Origin: a virus
Taxonomy: Duplodnaviria; Caudoviricetes
Virus record (IMG/VR): IMGVR_UViG_2834293421_000001
Location: 10,290 to 74,289 of that record
Strand: one strand, 5' to 3'
DNA length: 64,000 bases
Shown here one piece after another: positions 17,990 to 28,981 of this stretch (its first letter is position 1; every line of letters starts with the position of its first letter). The notes under the pieces were generated by a model. That model saw only the letters and a list, made by a program, of their open reading frames with translations. It was not told the DNA's origin and made no database searches. The position numbers and the translations under genes are program-made.

Positions 17990-20689
17990 ATGAGTAATAA
18001 AAAAATAGTAAAAGTATGTATCTTTAATCAAAGTGCAAATCCAGATGAAGTTGTTTATTCAAATGGGGATAAGATACTTGATAATATAATAATAGAGGCT
18101 AAAACAGATGAACATCTTTTAACTGGTGAGTATTATTTAGATTTAGTTTCCCTGATAGATAAAGAAGGACTTCATGAATCTTTAATTGAGGAAGCTATTA
18201 TCAAGGTCCAGTTAGACTATGGAAATGAATATTTTAGAATAGCTAAAGTAAATAGAAGTAGTAGAGATGTAAAAGTATTTGCTAGACAAATTACAATATC
18301 TGAAATGCTTGATATGTGGATTGAGGATACTAGACCAACAGATACTAGTGGACAAGGTGCATTATCAATATTAAGACAAAAATCAATAGGTAAAAAAGAT
18401 ATACAAATCTTTTCAGATATAGAAAAGATTAATACAGCTTATTATATGAAAATGAATTTATATCAAGCTATATATGATTGTGATCAATCCTTTGTAAATA
18501 GATGGGGTGGAGAAACCTTAAGAAGAGGGTACACTGTTTCTATAAACAATAGAATAGGAGCAGATAGAGGTGTTCAAATACGTTCTAGGAAAAATCTAAC
18601 TGGATTTGAAGCTAAAACAGATATAGATAATGTATGTACTAGAATTAAGCCAACTGGATTTGATGGTATAACTATAGATGGATATATAGATAGTCCTCTT
18701 ATAAAGAAATATAGTGCGGTTAAGACAAAAGAAATTAAATATGAATCTGTAAAAGTAAGAGATGAAAAAAATCCTGATGAAGGATTTAACACACTTAAAG
18801 AGGCTCAAGAAGAACTTAAGAGATTAGCAAAATTAGAATTTACACAAAAGCATATAGATGAATTAAGAGCATCATATAAAATTAATTTTGTACAACTTGA
18901 ATACACAGAAGAATATAAAAACTATGTTCAAGCTGAAAGAGTCTATTTAGGCGATACAGTCAATGTATATGAAGAAAAACATAAAGTACATGTTAATGTT
19001 AGATGTATTAGAAAGAAATATGATGTTTTAAGACAAAGAACTATAGAAATTGAGTTATCAAATACAGATATAAGTCAAAAGTCTATAACTACTTCGGATA
19101 TATTAGCAGAGTTAAACTCTATAATAAAAGATACTAAAAATAATAACGTACAAGATATTATCCAAAGTATGATAAACTCAGGAATTAAAGACAGTTATGT
19201 GATTCCTAGACAAAATGAAATTATAGTAGCTGACAATAAGGATTTAAATTTAGCTCAAAATGTTTGTAGATTAAATAAAAATGGATTGGCTTTTTCTAAA
19301 GATGGCTACAAAGGAAAATATAGTTATGGATTTACAATAAATGGAGTTATAAACGCTAGTTTAATCGCAACTGGTATACTTAGTACAATAATGATTCAAA
19401 ATAGGGATGGAAGCTTACAAATTGATTTATCTGGTACAAATGGAGTTAAGTTTTTAAAAAATGGAATTAAAGCTGTGGAATTAGCAGGCAATATAATGAA
19501 TTTTTATGATTGGGATGGTGTAGGTAATCCAATAGGAAAGTTATTTTCTGCAAGATTATTTAATACTGAAACTCCAGGAATAACATTATCTAATACTTTA
19601 GATAGTTATTTAGGGATAGCTTATGAAAATCCTAGTGCTACAAATGGAACATTCCCATTTTATATTTTATTTGATAAATATAATAAAACAGGAAAAGCAC
19701 CATACCCAATAATGATAAGAGAAAATATGTGTATGAATGGATATAATTTAATTTTAGATAAAGATGGTTTAAATGAAATATATAGATCTACTGATGGTAA
19801 TAATTTTATAAATAAAGCAACTAATTATTGGGGAGTTGTTGGAAGTAATCTTAAATGGAAAATGAAATTAGGAAATAACAGTCTTTATTTATGTGATTTA
19901 GATACTGACAAAACATATTTTAATTCTAGTCATTATGAAACATATTTTGGAGATAATTCAGGATATAAGTATTCATCTTTTAAAAAAGGTATTTGCGAAT
20001 TATTTAATGGCCCAAAAAGATATTGTTTGATTTCAGAAAATGAAACATTTTTTGGAGATAGTTCAGGACATAAATATGCAAATTTCAAACCCGGAACAAT
20101 CACACTTTGGGATTCTAGTAGAAATGCATATTTCTTTGTATCTAATATAGGAAACTTAGTATCTAAGTTAAAGTTCATTGCAGATAATGGGATAGAAGTA
20201 AGAGGAGATTTAAAAGTTTACGGGAATAAAAACTGTATTCAAAAAACTAAAAAATATGGAGAAAGATTATTCTATAGTGTAGAGGATTGCGAAAGTTATT
20301 TAACTGATAGAAGTTTGCACTTATTAACTGTAGAAGAAGTTAAACATAATAATAAAGTTACATATGAAAGAGTAGTTCTATTAGATAATATATTTAAAGA
20401 TAGTGTTAACCTTGATTTAGATTATACAGTTGAGATAATAAAGCAAGGCTGGGGAGATTACAGAATAAAAGAACAAACAAAAGATTATTTTGTGGTGGAA
20501 TCAGATAGAAAAGATTTTACTTTTAAATATGTTGTAACAGCTAAAAGACAAGGATTTGAAGAAGAAAGAAATAAAGAAGTCTTTTTAGATGCTTTAAAAG
20601 AAAATAATTTAAATAGTGATATTATTGAAAATAAAGAGTATTGGAGATTATATACAGAAAAAGAAGGTGATAGTATTGGCAATAAATAA
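17990..20689 (+). CDS. Tail spike/Tal (phage endopeptidase-like)
   Basis: RWGGE, TRIKPxG, LGDTV motifs; likely start MSNKK at 17990 after AGGAG. Confidence 0.85.
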   Translation: MSNKKIVKVCIFNQSANPDEVVYSNGDKILDNIIIEAKTDEHLLTGEYYLDLVSLIDKEGLHESLIEEAIIKVQLDYGNEYFRIAKVNRSSRDVKVFARQITISEMLDMWIEDTRPTDTSGQGALSILRQKSIGKKDIQIFSDIEKINTAYYMKMNLYQAIYDCDQSFVNRWGGETLRRGYTVSINNRIGADRGVQIRSRKNLTGFEAKTDIDNVCTRIKPTGFDGITIDGYIDSPLIKKYSAVKTKEIKYESVKVRDEKNPDEGFNTLKEAQEELKRLAKLEFTQKHIDELRASYKINFVQLEYTEEYKNYVQAERVYLGDTVNVYEEKHKVHVNVRCIRKKYDVLRQRTIEIELSNTDISQKSITTSDILAELNSIIKDTKNNNVQDIIQSMINSGIKDSYVIPRQNEIIVADNKDLNLAQNVCRLNKNGLAFSKDGYKGKYSYGFTINGVINASLIATGILSTIMIQNRDGSLQIDLSGTNGVKFLKNGIKAVELAGNIMNFYDWDGVGNPIGKLFSARLFNTETPGITLSNTLDSYLGIAYENPSATNGTFPFYILFDKYNKTGKAPYPIMIRENMCMNGYNLILDKDGLNEIYRSTDGNNFINKATNYWGVVGSNLKWKMKLGNNSLYLCDLDTDKTYFNSSHYETYFGDNSGYKYSSFKKGICELFNGPKRYCLISENETFFGDSSGHKYANFKPGTITLWDSSRNAYFFVSNIGNLVSKLKFIADNGIEVRGDLKVYGNKNCIQKTKKYGERLFYSVEDCESYLTDRSLHLLTVEEVKHNNKVTYERVVLLDNIFKDSVNLDLDYTVEIIKQGWGDYRIKEQTKDYFVVESDRKDFTFKYVVTAKRQGFEEERNKEVFLDALKENNLNSDIIENKEYWRLYTEKEGDSIGNK

Positions 20690-23024
20690 CTTTCATTTTA
20701 AGTTAGATATAGAAAGAGAAGACCATATACCCAAATTCCGACTAAAGCAGTATGACACTGCTATTTTTTATGCAAGTCTTTATAAAAATGGGCTTCCTTA
20801 TCATTTTGAAAATGAAACAATTAAAATGTTTGTAAAGAAAGCAGATGGAACTATAGTTTATCAAGAAGATAATATAACTATTCAAGATGATGAAGTTAAA
20901 ATAAATGTAAAAAATCAAGCATTAACAAGTGCTGGATTAACTTATGCTGAATTAGAATTAAAATCATTAAGTGGTCAAGTAACAACAGCTACATTTGTAT
21001 TTGATGTAAGAGAAAAGGTAGGCTCTGATAAGGCTATAGAATCTATTACAGATATATGTACTTTAGAAAAAATTGACAAGTATGTTGGACAAGCTAAAAA
21101 AGAACTAGATAAATTTAAACAAGACCTTTCTAAATTAGAGGATTTAGTAGCAAATAAAGATAAACTAGAAGGTCAAAATACAGAAGCTAAAATTAATGTA
21201 AAGGAACTAGAAAGAGTTTTAGAGCAAGCTAATAATATAGTTGATAATGGTGGTAAAAAGGTTATAGGTAACAATATAATTTCAGAAAGCTCAAATGGTT
21301 ATATACAAGATATAAAACTAACTGGTAAAACAATACTAGTTAATAATCTAAATGAAGAAGTTGAGCCAGGAACAGCAGGAGCTACACTTAAATCCGTAGG
21401 GGATGGAGTAGACAACATAGAGATTTTAACTATTAAGGCAGATAATAATTTATTTAATCCTAATGAATGTATAAATGGGAAATATGTAGCTGATGGTGGA
21501 GTTTTAGATGTTTCATCTATTAATCCAACTGACTTTAACGTTGCTTTTATAAAAATTCCTACAGGTGATTTTTCAATAACTATAAGTGGGTTAACAAATA
21601 GTGTTGTAACTGGAAATCAATCTGCTTATATAGGATTTTATGATAAAAATAAAAATCCTATAAACTCTGCGATTTTTAATGTTAAAAATCCATTCACTAA
21701 AACATTTACTAATTCAGATCTAGGATTTATAGCTGTAACTGTTAAAAATGAAGATTTAGGCACTTTAAATGTAACTATAGGAAATGAAGTAAAACCCTAT
21801 ACAAAATATGAAGGAAGTAAAAAAAAGCTTTTATATTATGTTCCTGTACTTAAATCGTGGATGAAACCTATTCTACGAGGTGTAAACAATGGGTTAAAAG
21901 ATACAGTAGAAAGCTATAATAATAAAGTTTATTATCATAAGAAATGTATAGAATTTAATATAAATGGCAGTGAAAATTGGGTATTTGATGCTGATTTAGG
22001 GAATACAATTAGATGTTATCTAAGAAACTCAAATTTATCTCCTGGATTAGTTGTATCTGATAAATTTAATTCTATAGAAAACTATACACTTGATAATGAA
22101 CATATATATACTTCTAAAGGTATTTTATGGTTATTTCTAAATAAATCTAAAGCTACAGATTTAAATTCTTTTAAAAATTATTTTAAAGTAACTCCAACTA
22201 CTGTAGTTTGCCCAATGATTAAAGAGGAAGTTTATGAATGCTTAGATATATCAACTAGGTCTTTTAATCCTCAAACTTTATTTTCAGTAAGTAGTGGAGC
22301 AATAGATCCTCAAGTAGAATATTATATACCTTCTTCTTTTGTATCTTCGGATAGTTCAATATCTGAAAAGCTTGAAAATGTTGATGATAGTTTATTAAAG
22401 CTTATGTTTGATTTTTTAGGACATAAGCATGATTCTAGATATGAAAGAATAGATTTAGGAACTGTTAAAGATTTTAACACAGCTCTTACACCAGGCAAAT
22501 ATTGGGTAGCTGCAGATGATAAAATTCCTAATGGCCCTTATGGTGGAGGGATATGGGGTTATTTAGAAGTATCATCTACAAGTGAAACAGAAACTGCACA
22601 AACATTTACTAGCAGTATTAATGGATCAAAATTTTTTAGGCTATTAAACTTTCAAGGAAAATGGACTAATTGGTCAAAAACTCCTGTAGTAACTGATTTC
22701 GTAACAGGAAATGTAGAGGGCAAACACTATGCAATATTTCCAAACGGATTAATGATACAATGGGGTAATTTAATATTGAATTTCCCAGGAGGTTGTAATA
22801 ATACTAAAGGCTATGTTTATTTTCCAAAAACCTTCACAAGTGACTTTATATTTACTGGATCTCTAGCTAGAAATAATTGGGCTGGATATTCTGAGACTAT
22901 AGCAGTCCTTGCTGAGGATAATTCTAGTCGTGGTTTCGTTGAAGCTAGATGTATTGATAGTTCTGTATATCCGACTAGTGATAAAACCGTAACTATTAAC
23001 TGGATTGCGATAGGGAGGTATTAA
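20616..23024 (+). CDS. BppU-like baseplate/tail fibre (receptor-binding) protein
   Basis: KQYDT...KKADGT N-terminus; C-terminal knob and FPNGLMIQWG...WIAIG domain; true start likely ~20677. Confidence 0.8.
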   Translation: MILLKIKSIGDYIQKKKVIVLAINNFHFKLDIEREDHIPKFRLKQYDTAIFYASLYKNGLPYHFENETIKMFVKKADGTIVYQEDNITIQDDEVKINVKNQALTSAGLTYAELELKSLSGQVTTATFVFDVREKVGSDKAIESITDICTLEKIDKYVGQAKKELDKFKQDLSKLEDLVANKDKLEGQNTEAKINVKELERVLEQANNIVDNGGKKVIGNNIISESSNGYIQDIKLTGKTILVNNLNEEVEPGTAGATLKSVGDGVDNIEILTIKADNNLFNPNECINGKYVADGGVLDVSSINPTDFNVAFIKIPTGDFSITISGLTNSVVTGNQSAYIGFYDKNKNPINSAIFNVKNPFTKTFTNSDLGFIAVTVKNEDLGTLNVTIGNEVKPYTKYEGSKKKLLYYVPVLKSWMKPILRGVNNGLKDTVESYNNKVYYHKKCIEFNINGSENWVFDADLGNTIRCYLRNSNLSPGLVVSDKFNSIENYTLDNEHIYTSKGILWLFLNKSKATDLNSFKNYFKVTPTTVVCPMIKEEVYECLDISTRSFNPQTLFSVSSGAIDPQVEYYIPSSFVSSDSSISEKLENVDDSLLKLMFDFLGHKHDSRYERIDLGTVKDFNTALTPGKYWVAADDKIPNGPYGGGIWGYLEVSSTSETETAQTFTSSINGSKFFRLLNFQGKWTNWSKTPVVTDFVTGNVEGKHYAIFPNGLMIQWGNLILNFPGGCNNTKGYVYFPKTFTSDFIFTGSLARNNWAGYSETIAVLAEDNSSRGFVEARCIDSSVYPTSDKTVTINWIAIGRY

Positions 23025-23025
23025 A

Positions 23026-23523
23026 ATGAAAATGTATATATCATTTGATAAAGACACACTTAAAATTAAAGGGTATTATGATGATTTAAGTTCAAATATA
23101 CCTAGTCCTTATATTTTGATTAATGAAGACCTATATAAATATTTACAAGGATTAACAAGTGATTTTAAACTAAAAGAAAACTTCATGTTAAAAGAGATTT
23201 ATACAATTGAAGATAAAGATATATTTGAAATAATTCCTTTTGAGTATGAAAAACCAAAACCAACTAGAACTGATTTATTAGAAAAACAAAATGCATTTTT
23301 AATAAAAGAAAGTCTAGAAAAAGATATTCAAATTAAGGAATTAAATATAAACTTAGAACAAGCAACTTTAAAATCAATTAACAAAGATATTGAAATAAAT
23401 AATTTAAATAGTAATATGGCTCAAACAACTTTAAATTTAGTTAATAAAGATATACAAGTTAAAGATATAGAAAAAGATGTTGCTAATCTAATATTAAAAT
23501 CATTAACATTAGGAGGTAATTAA
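23026..23523 (+). CDS. Tail fibre-associated protein
   Basis: Position; C-terminal coiled-coil repeats. Confidence 0.6.
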   Translation: MKMYISFDKDTLKIKGYYDDLSSNIPSPYILINEDLYKYLQGLTSDFKLKENFMLKEIYTIEDKDIFEIIPFEYEKPKPTRTDLLEKQNAFLIKESLEKDIQIKELNINLEQATLKSINKDIEINNLNSNMAQTTLNLVNKDIQVKDIEKDVANLILKSLTLGGN

Positions 23524-23525
23524 AA

Positions 23526-23711
23526 ATGGATAAATGGTATTTTGAAATGGCAAAGAAATATTTTGATTTAAAAATATATAAGGTAGATGATGTTAGGTTA
23601 TTTGTTCAAGCTGAAAGAATAACAAAAGAACAGTTTAAAGAAATAACTGGCGAAGATTACGATAAGCCTACTAATAATTTACCGATGGTTATAACTGAAG
23701 ATAGACAATAA
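23526..23711 (+). CDS. XkdX family protein
   Basis: ITKEQFKEITGEDY motif. Confidence 0.85.
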   Translation: MDKWYFEMAKKYFDLKIYKVDDVRLFVQAERITKEQFKEITGEDYDKPTNNLPMVITEDRQ

Positions 23712-23767
23712 ATAATGAAGGACTATAAAAGATAGTTCTATTTTTATGCAATTTTTAGGAGGGTGTA

Positions 23768-24000
23768 TGAATAATGAAGTAGCAGACCATATGTTAGAAG
23801 CACATGAAAGACGTATTAATAATCATTCTGAAAGATTAGATAAATTAGAACAGAGTGATGCTAAAAGAGAAATACAAATAGATAATTTATGTAAAAGTAT
23901 AGAAGGACTTGTAAACACATTAAAATGGGGCTTTGGCTTTATATGTAGTGGTGTTATAGGTTTCTTTTTTTATGCAATACAAAATCATTTATTTAAATAA
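23768..24000 (+). CDS. XhlA-like lysis protein
   Basis: HERRINNHSERLDKLE plus C-terminal TM; ATG 23768 after GGAGG. Confidence 0.8.
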
Positions 24001-24016
24001 AAAGGAGATAAGTTAA

Positions 24017-24268
24017 ATGGAAACAATAATTAAATTTGTACCTGAGCAGTTACTGATATTAGTAGCTGCTCTTTATGTTGTAGGAATGTTTTTAAAGAAA
24101 ACACCAAAAGTAAAAGATTGGAGTATACCTTGGATTTTATTAGTTTTAGGTATTGGTTTTAGTATATCTATAATGGGATTGAATTCTACAAGTATTTTAC
24201 AAGGTATAATTTGTAGCTTTGGGGCAATAGCAACAAACCAGATTGTAAAACAAACAATTAATAAATGA
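24017..24268 (+). CDS. Holin
   Basis: Three hydrophobic helices, KDWxIP motif; before endolysin. Confidence 0.85.
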   Translation: METIIKFVPEQLLILVAALYVVGMFLKKTPKVKDWSIPWILLVLGIGFSISIMGLNSTSILQGIICSFGAIATNQIVKQTINK

Positions 24269-24374
24269 TAAAATTTTTGTAATCAAAAATAGTGTATACT
24301 AGGTTTTATTATAAAAAATAAGATATTTAAATAGCTATTTATATATAAAAAATAAATGATAGGAGGAATTAATT

Positions 24375-25316
24375 ATGAAAAAAAATATTACAGATCCAGG
24401 ACATGGAGGATATGATTCAGGGGCACCAGGAGTTCATGGATGTTTAGAAAAAGACGTAGTTTTAGATGTGGCTAATAGGGTTGCTGAATATTTAAAAAAT
24501 CAAAATATAGAGAATATAAATACTAGAACTACGGATGTATTTGTTACTTTAAATGATAGAACTAATGAAGCTAATAAATTAGGGGTAAACTCATTTGTAT
24601 CAATACACTGTAATAGTTCTGAAAATCCTAATGCACAAGGGTTAGAAACTTATTGCTATAAGTTCAAATATAGAGATTTAGCTGATGTTGTGCACTCTGA
24701 ATTAATAAAAGCAGGGCTTTACACTAAAGATAGAGGTGTAAAAGAAGGAAATTTACATGTAGTAAGAGAATCTAACATGCCTGCTTGTTTGGTTGAATTA
24801 GGATTTATAACTAATGAAGAGGACTATAATTTAATAATGAACAATAAAGATGGATTTGCTAAAGCAATAGCTAAAGGAATATGTAAGTTCAATGGAGTTA
24901 CTTGGAATGAATCCTCTGACATATTACCAAATAAAAATATTGATGTTACTTATCAAGTATATACAAATGGAAGATGGCTTCCTAATGTAACTAAAGCAAA
25001 TGATTTTGCAGGAATTTTTGGAAGCCCTATACAAGCTATATATGCTAACTTAAATCAAGGAAGTATAAGCTATAGAGTCCATACAGTAAATGGAACTTGG
25101 TTACCTTGGGTAACAGATAGAAGTGATTATGCAGGCATATATGGTAAAAATATAGATGGTTTACAAATGCAATTAATAGGATTAGATAACTATAGTGTTG
25201 AATATAGCGTATATGTAGAGGGTAGATGGCTTCCTTGGGTTATAGATTTAAATGACTATGCAGGTATATACGGTAAAGTTATAGAAGCAATACAAGTACA
25301 AGTTATTAGAAAATAA
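24375..25316 (+). CDS. Endolysin: Amidase_3 N-acetylmuramoyl-L-alanine amidase with C-terminal wall-binding repeats
   Basis: DPGHGG, E, SIHCN, LVELGFI; WLPxV...YAGIxG repeats. Confidence 0.93.
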   Translation: MKKNITDPGHGGYDSGAPGVHGCLEKDVVLDVANRVAEYLKNQNIENINTRTTDVFVTLNDRTNEANKLGVNSFVSIHCNSSENPNAQGLETYCYKFKYRDLADVVHSELIKAGLYTKDRGVKEGNLHVVRESNMPACLVELGFITNEEDYNLIMNNKDGFAKAIAKGICKFNGVTWNESSDILPNKNIDVTYQVYTNGRWLPNVTKANDFAGIFGSPIQAIYANLNQGSISYRVHTVNGTWLPWVTDRSDYAGIYGKNIDGLQMQLIGLDNYSVEYSVYVEGRWLPWVIDLNDYAGIYGKVIEAIQVQVIRK

Positions 25317-25322
25317 ATAGAT

Positions 25323-25368
25323 AAAAAAGAGTACCAAATAAAAAACTTATTTGGTACTCTTTTTTTAT
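25323..25368. terminator. Bidirectional terminator
   Basis: AAAAAAGAGTACCAAATA...TATTTGGTACTCTTTTTT between convergent genes. Confidence 0.85.
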
Positions 25369-25382
25369 TGAAATCTAGGTCC

Positions 25383-25886
25383 TTAGTGTGATGGGTGTGT
25401 CCCTATATCATTACTTACGTCCACGACATGATTATCAGATTCAGGTGTATCAAAATTATCACAAGGGATGTTTTCTTCTTGAGGAATTGTTTTTTCTAGT
25501 GATGTTTCATCATGTTTTTGAATGTTTTTATCATCCGATTGGTTTATATCTTTTTCTATATTTGTACTTTCTATAACTTTATGTTTTACTTCAGCTTGTG
25601 GTGTTTCTACAGGTTTTTTATTTTTAGAAGTTTCTGTTTTGATTTCTTCAGAATCCGTATTCTTACTATTTTCTGTTGTCTTTTCAACAATATCTTTATC
25701 TTTTTCTATTTTTTTAGAATCGTCTTTCTTAACTTCTTTTTTACTCTTTTCTTCTTTTATTACTTTTTCATGTTTAGGTTTTTCATTTTTATGTACATCT
25801 TTATTTGATGTATTGATATTACTTATAAAAAATCCAGAGCCTAAAATGACAATACTACTTAATATACCGATTAACCCTTTTTTCAT
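25383..25886 (-). CDS. Membrane-anchored/secreted low-complexity protein
   Basis: N-terminal hydrophobic helix, K/E-rich body, AGGAGG RBS. Confidence 0.75.
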   Translation of the reverse strand: MKKGLIGILSSIVILGSGFFISNINTSNKDVHKNEKPKHEKVIKEEKSKKEVKKDDSKKIEKDKDIVEKTTENSKNTDSEEIKTETSKNKKPVETPQAEVKHKVIESTNIEKDINQSDDKNIQKHDETSLEKTIPQEENIPCDNFDTPESDNHVVDVSNDIGTHPSH

Positions 25887-26473
25887 AATATCCCTCCTAT
25901 ATAATTCTATATTTATAATAACATAAATTTTTATTACAAAAAATGGAAAATATATAAATAAATTGCAATTTATCTTATTTGGTATAATTTTATAGTTAAT
26001 TTAATCTAGGGATACTTTAAGTCTTAATGTAAAAAACTATATATATTTAGTGAGGTACTGGGTACTTATATAAATTTATTAATTGAAGAAAGAAATAAAT
26101 TAAAAATAAGTAAATTTGATTTGAACTTATAACTTGAACTTTAGTAATATATTTATATATATCAAATTCATTAAATATTCATGTAAGGACAAATAAAGGC
26201 ATTGTTAAGGAGAAAGCACAGTTTTAAACTGTGACTTTTATATGATTAAAAAAAGTAGATAGTTAATGATTACTTTTTTAGTTATTTGCATATTAAAAAT
26301 ATTAATAACCATATGGATAAGTATAGAAGGATTTAGAGGAAAGAAAGGAATTAAGTATGTTAACTCTTACTATTTAGAATTAATTTAAAGTAAATAAAAA
26401 TAAGTATTAATTCAATAATTACTTCAGATAAAGAACTTAATTATCTAGTTGTTAGAAAGGAGTAATATGGTAA

Positions 26474-26745
26474 TTTACTTCGCCCCAATTGTTTGACAAA
26501 AAAATTAAAAGATGGGGAGTTTTTATATGTCAAAACATAATTGTAAGTTTAGGCTAAAAGTTGTTAAATCTTATTCAAATGGAGATGATGGATACAAGTT
26601 AATAGCAAAACAGTATGGCATTTATATATATGTACAAGATAAAAGATGAGTTAATAGTTATAAAGTATTGTGAGCAGATATCTTAAAAAGAAAAAATAAG
26701 CATAGTTCATATACTGTACAATTCAAATTAGATGCGTTTAATTGT
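26474..26745 (+). pseudogene. IS3-family (IS150-like) OrfA remnant with left IR
   Basis: From 26527 MSKHNCKFRLKVVKSYSNGDDGYKLIAKQYGI...*...*...SYTVQFKLDA with two stops; CCCCAATTGTTTGACA IR-like end upstream. Confidence 0.65.
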
Positions 26746-26894
26746 AAATGTTATGCATAAAATGCTTTTTATATTTATTAATTTAATGCCAATGAGTATT
26801 TACAAAAATATACATATACTATAGTATGATTAAAATAATATTAAATAAAAATAATATATTGATTAGGAGTTAGGTTGAGTAATATTAAAATATA

Positions 26895-26923
26895 TTGTTA
26901 ATAAATACAAAATATAGTATTAT
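26895..26923 (+). promoter_or_regulatory. sigmaA-like promoter of cargo operon
   Basis: TTGTTA-17-TATTAT. Confidence 0.5.
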
Positions 26924-26967
26924 TATTATGATAATAACATAATAGACTTTAATAAGGGGGAAACTAA

Positions 26968-27906
26968 ATGAGCAGTAGCACAACACTATATTATGCCAAG
27001 GTAAATTTAAATTCATCACATATATTTGATGTTTATGATCAGGTATGCAGTTTAGAAGATGTTTTAAAAAAATTATATAACTCTATATCTAAAGGCATAG
27101 CTCATAAAAGAGTTGACGAATATAATGGAGTTGAAACATACAGAGCTAACTACTCTTTTGAAAATATAGAGAAAAATGAAGACGAGGTATATATATATGG
27201 AACTGTAGTAAAAAAATCAGATATATATGCAAATCAAAGAGATAAAGATGATAAACCTATAAAGGTTCCTGTAGAAAATGAGGAATATATAAAATTTTAC
27301 TTTGATGTGTTGAATGAAACTATAGTATTTCATACAACAAATAGATTTGGATATATGGAGTTTATAGAGGCTATTTCTATACTTTTAAATACTAGTATAA
27401 ATAATGTATATGGAAATGAAGATGAATGTTATCACTTTGATGTTAGCTTAAAAAGATGCAATTTAAATATAGAAGATATTAAGGAGGAATTAAAGAGACT
27501 CAAGTATGTGGAAACACTAAAAATTGATATAATACCTCCAAACCCTGATCCAGATATATTAGATGAAATAAGAAAAAATGGTGAAGAGCGATTAGAATAT
27601 CTAAAAAATGGGAATGTAACATATAAGAGTACATTACTTCAATCAAAATCTTCAACAGGTATAGTTCTTGACTCAGATATTGTAAATAAAGAGTTAGATG
27701 AAGCTGTAAATTTACACTCCAAGTTAAGTAGTGAAGATGCTTTAAATAAAGGTTATATTCAAGTTGAGGCTGTGTCTAGAGAGGGAGGAACATACTCAAC
27801 TAAAGATAATCAACCTATTAAACAAGTAATAGATAAATACCATATGGAGGATTTTGAAAGTTTTGTCTCATTTTGTAAGAGAAGCATAAAAGCTTTATTC
27901 AATTAG
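26968..27906 (+). CDS. Hypothetical protein, DUF4747-like
   Basis: 312 aa soluble; FYFD...I.F and IIPPN motifs; family call tentative. Confidence 0.6.
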   Translation: MSSSTTLYYAKVNLNSSHIFDVYDQVCSLEDVLKKLYNSISKGIAHKRVDEYNGVETYRANYSFENIEKNEDEVYIYGTVVKKSDIYANQRDKDDKPIKVPVENEEYIKFYFDVLNETIVFHTTNRFGYMEFIEAISILLNTSINNVYGNEDECYHFDVSLKRCNLNIEDIKEELKRLKYVETLKIDIIPPNPDPDILDEIRKNGEERLEYLKNGNVTYKSTLLQSKSSTGIVLDSDIVNKELDEAVNLHSKLSSEDALNKGYIQVEAVSREGGTYSTKDNQPIKQVIDKYHMEDFESFVSFCKRSIKALFN

Positions 27907-27921
27907 AGGTGAAAATCAAAT

Positions 27922-28644
27922 ATGATTAAAAGATTTTTTAAGTATAATAAATTTAATGAAATTGCAAACTTAAAACTTATAGAATGTAAAATAGCATTTT
28001 TAACAACCCTTATACTTTTATTTGTTTTCTACAAGATTAAGATATATGATGAATTTAAACTATTTGAACCTGCTGTTCAAAATGTAGCAATATATATTGC
28101 AGCTGCACTAATAGGAATGTTAGGTATAATATTAGCAGGTATTGCATTTATGACATCATCATTAAACAAAGAAAATATGGAATCAATAGAGAAAATCAAT
28201 GGATCTAATTCAATAGAAAAAGTTTTAGTAAGTTTTGAATTTCTTGCTTTTTTAGTTGGAATTCAAGTTATTGAATTTTTTACAATATACATAATTCTTT
28301 TTTCAACTTTAAACTTAGTAGGTGAAATTACATTTTACGGATTAGCTGCATTGATAACGTATTTATTTACATTTACATTGTTTTATACGGTTGTGTTAGT
28401 AGGAGACTCTATACAGTTCTTTTTACTAACAAGAACTTATGATAAAATTAATGAAATGGATAAAAGTGTAGTAAGTATAGCTAATGAAGTTAAAATAGAC
28501 TTTATATTAAAAATACTTATAGAAAATTATGGGATCGAAGTTGAGGAGATAACAAGTAAGTTAATTGAACATTGTGAGAATTGTACTATTGATAAAAAAG
28601 AAGATGTTATAACCTATTTGAAAAATATGTATTTTGAAAAATAG
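27922..28644 (+). CDS. Hypothetical membrane protein (~4 TM)
   Basis: Four hydrophobic segments; 15 bp after previous gene. Confidence 0.8.
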   Translation: MIKRFFKYNKFNEIANLKLIECKIAFLTTLILLFVFYKIKIYDEFKLFEPAVQNVAIYIAAALIGMLGIILAGIAFMTSSLNKENMESIEKINGSNSIEKVLVSFEFLAFLVGIQVIEFFTIYIILFSTLNLVGEITFYGLAALITYLFTFTLFYTVVLVGDSIQFFLLTRTYDKINEMDKSVVSIANEVKIDFILKILIENYGIEVEEITSKLIEHCENCTIDKKEDVITYLKNMYFEK

Positions 28645-28670
28645 ATTTTTTATACTTAATAATAAGACAT

Positions 28671-28702
28671 AAGAAGCACTCAATACGAGTGCTTCTTTTT
28701 AT
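28671..28702 (+). terminator. Intrinsic terminator
   Basis: AAGAAGCACTC-aatac-GAGTGCTTCTTTTT. Confidence 0.8.
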
Positions 28703-28934
28703 TTATAAGATTTAAAATGTTGATTTTATTAATCTCCAATATTAAGTTAACTAGAAAGTATGTGTATAGAATTAAATTATATTTAATATATATTCTACAA
28801 TATGAACTATATTAGATATAGTTATTTTGTAGAATATAACTTTGTTTTGTGTAAGTTAATTATAATATTATAATCAATTGAACTAATAATGATAAATATG
28901 AATATTTATTGCACTTATCCTTAAATGTAAAAAA

Positions 28935-28981
28935 TAAATGTTATCATCAAACTGACTATTGAATATCGGTTCTAACATTTA
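28935..28981. other. Putative att junction of prophage 1
   Basis: TAAATGTTA (28935-43) / TAACATTTA (28973-81) inverted repeat centred on 28958, where the host frame stops. Confidence 0.6.

Larger units (their letters stand above)
1..28958 (+). mobile_element. Prophage 1 (right part): siphovirus, PBSX-type terminase / A118-like head
   Basis: Co-oriented RusA, ArpU, terminase, portal, capsid, tail and lysis genes; ends at truncated host ABC gene; left end outside window. Confidence 0.93.

Noticed and set aside
19930-20110. 105-bp-spaced repeat in tail spike as DGR template/variable pair
   Set aside because: Both copies are in-frame in one gene, differences are not adenine-restricted, and no reverse transcriptase is in the window
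25388-25926. Plus-strand hydrophobic ORFs (62, 98, 134 aa)
   Set aside because: Shadow frames of the K/E-rich minus-strand gene, which has the RBS and signal sequence
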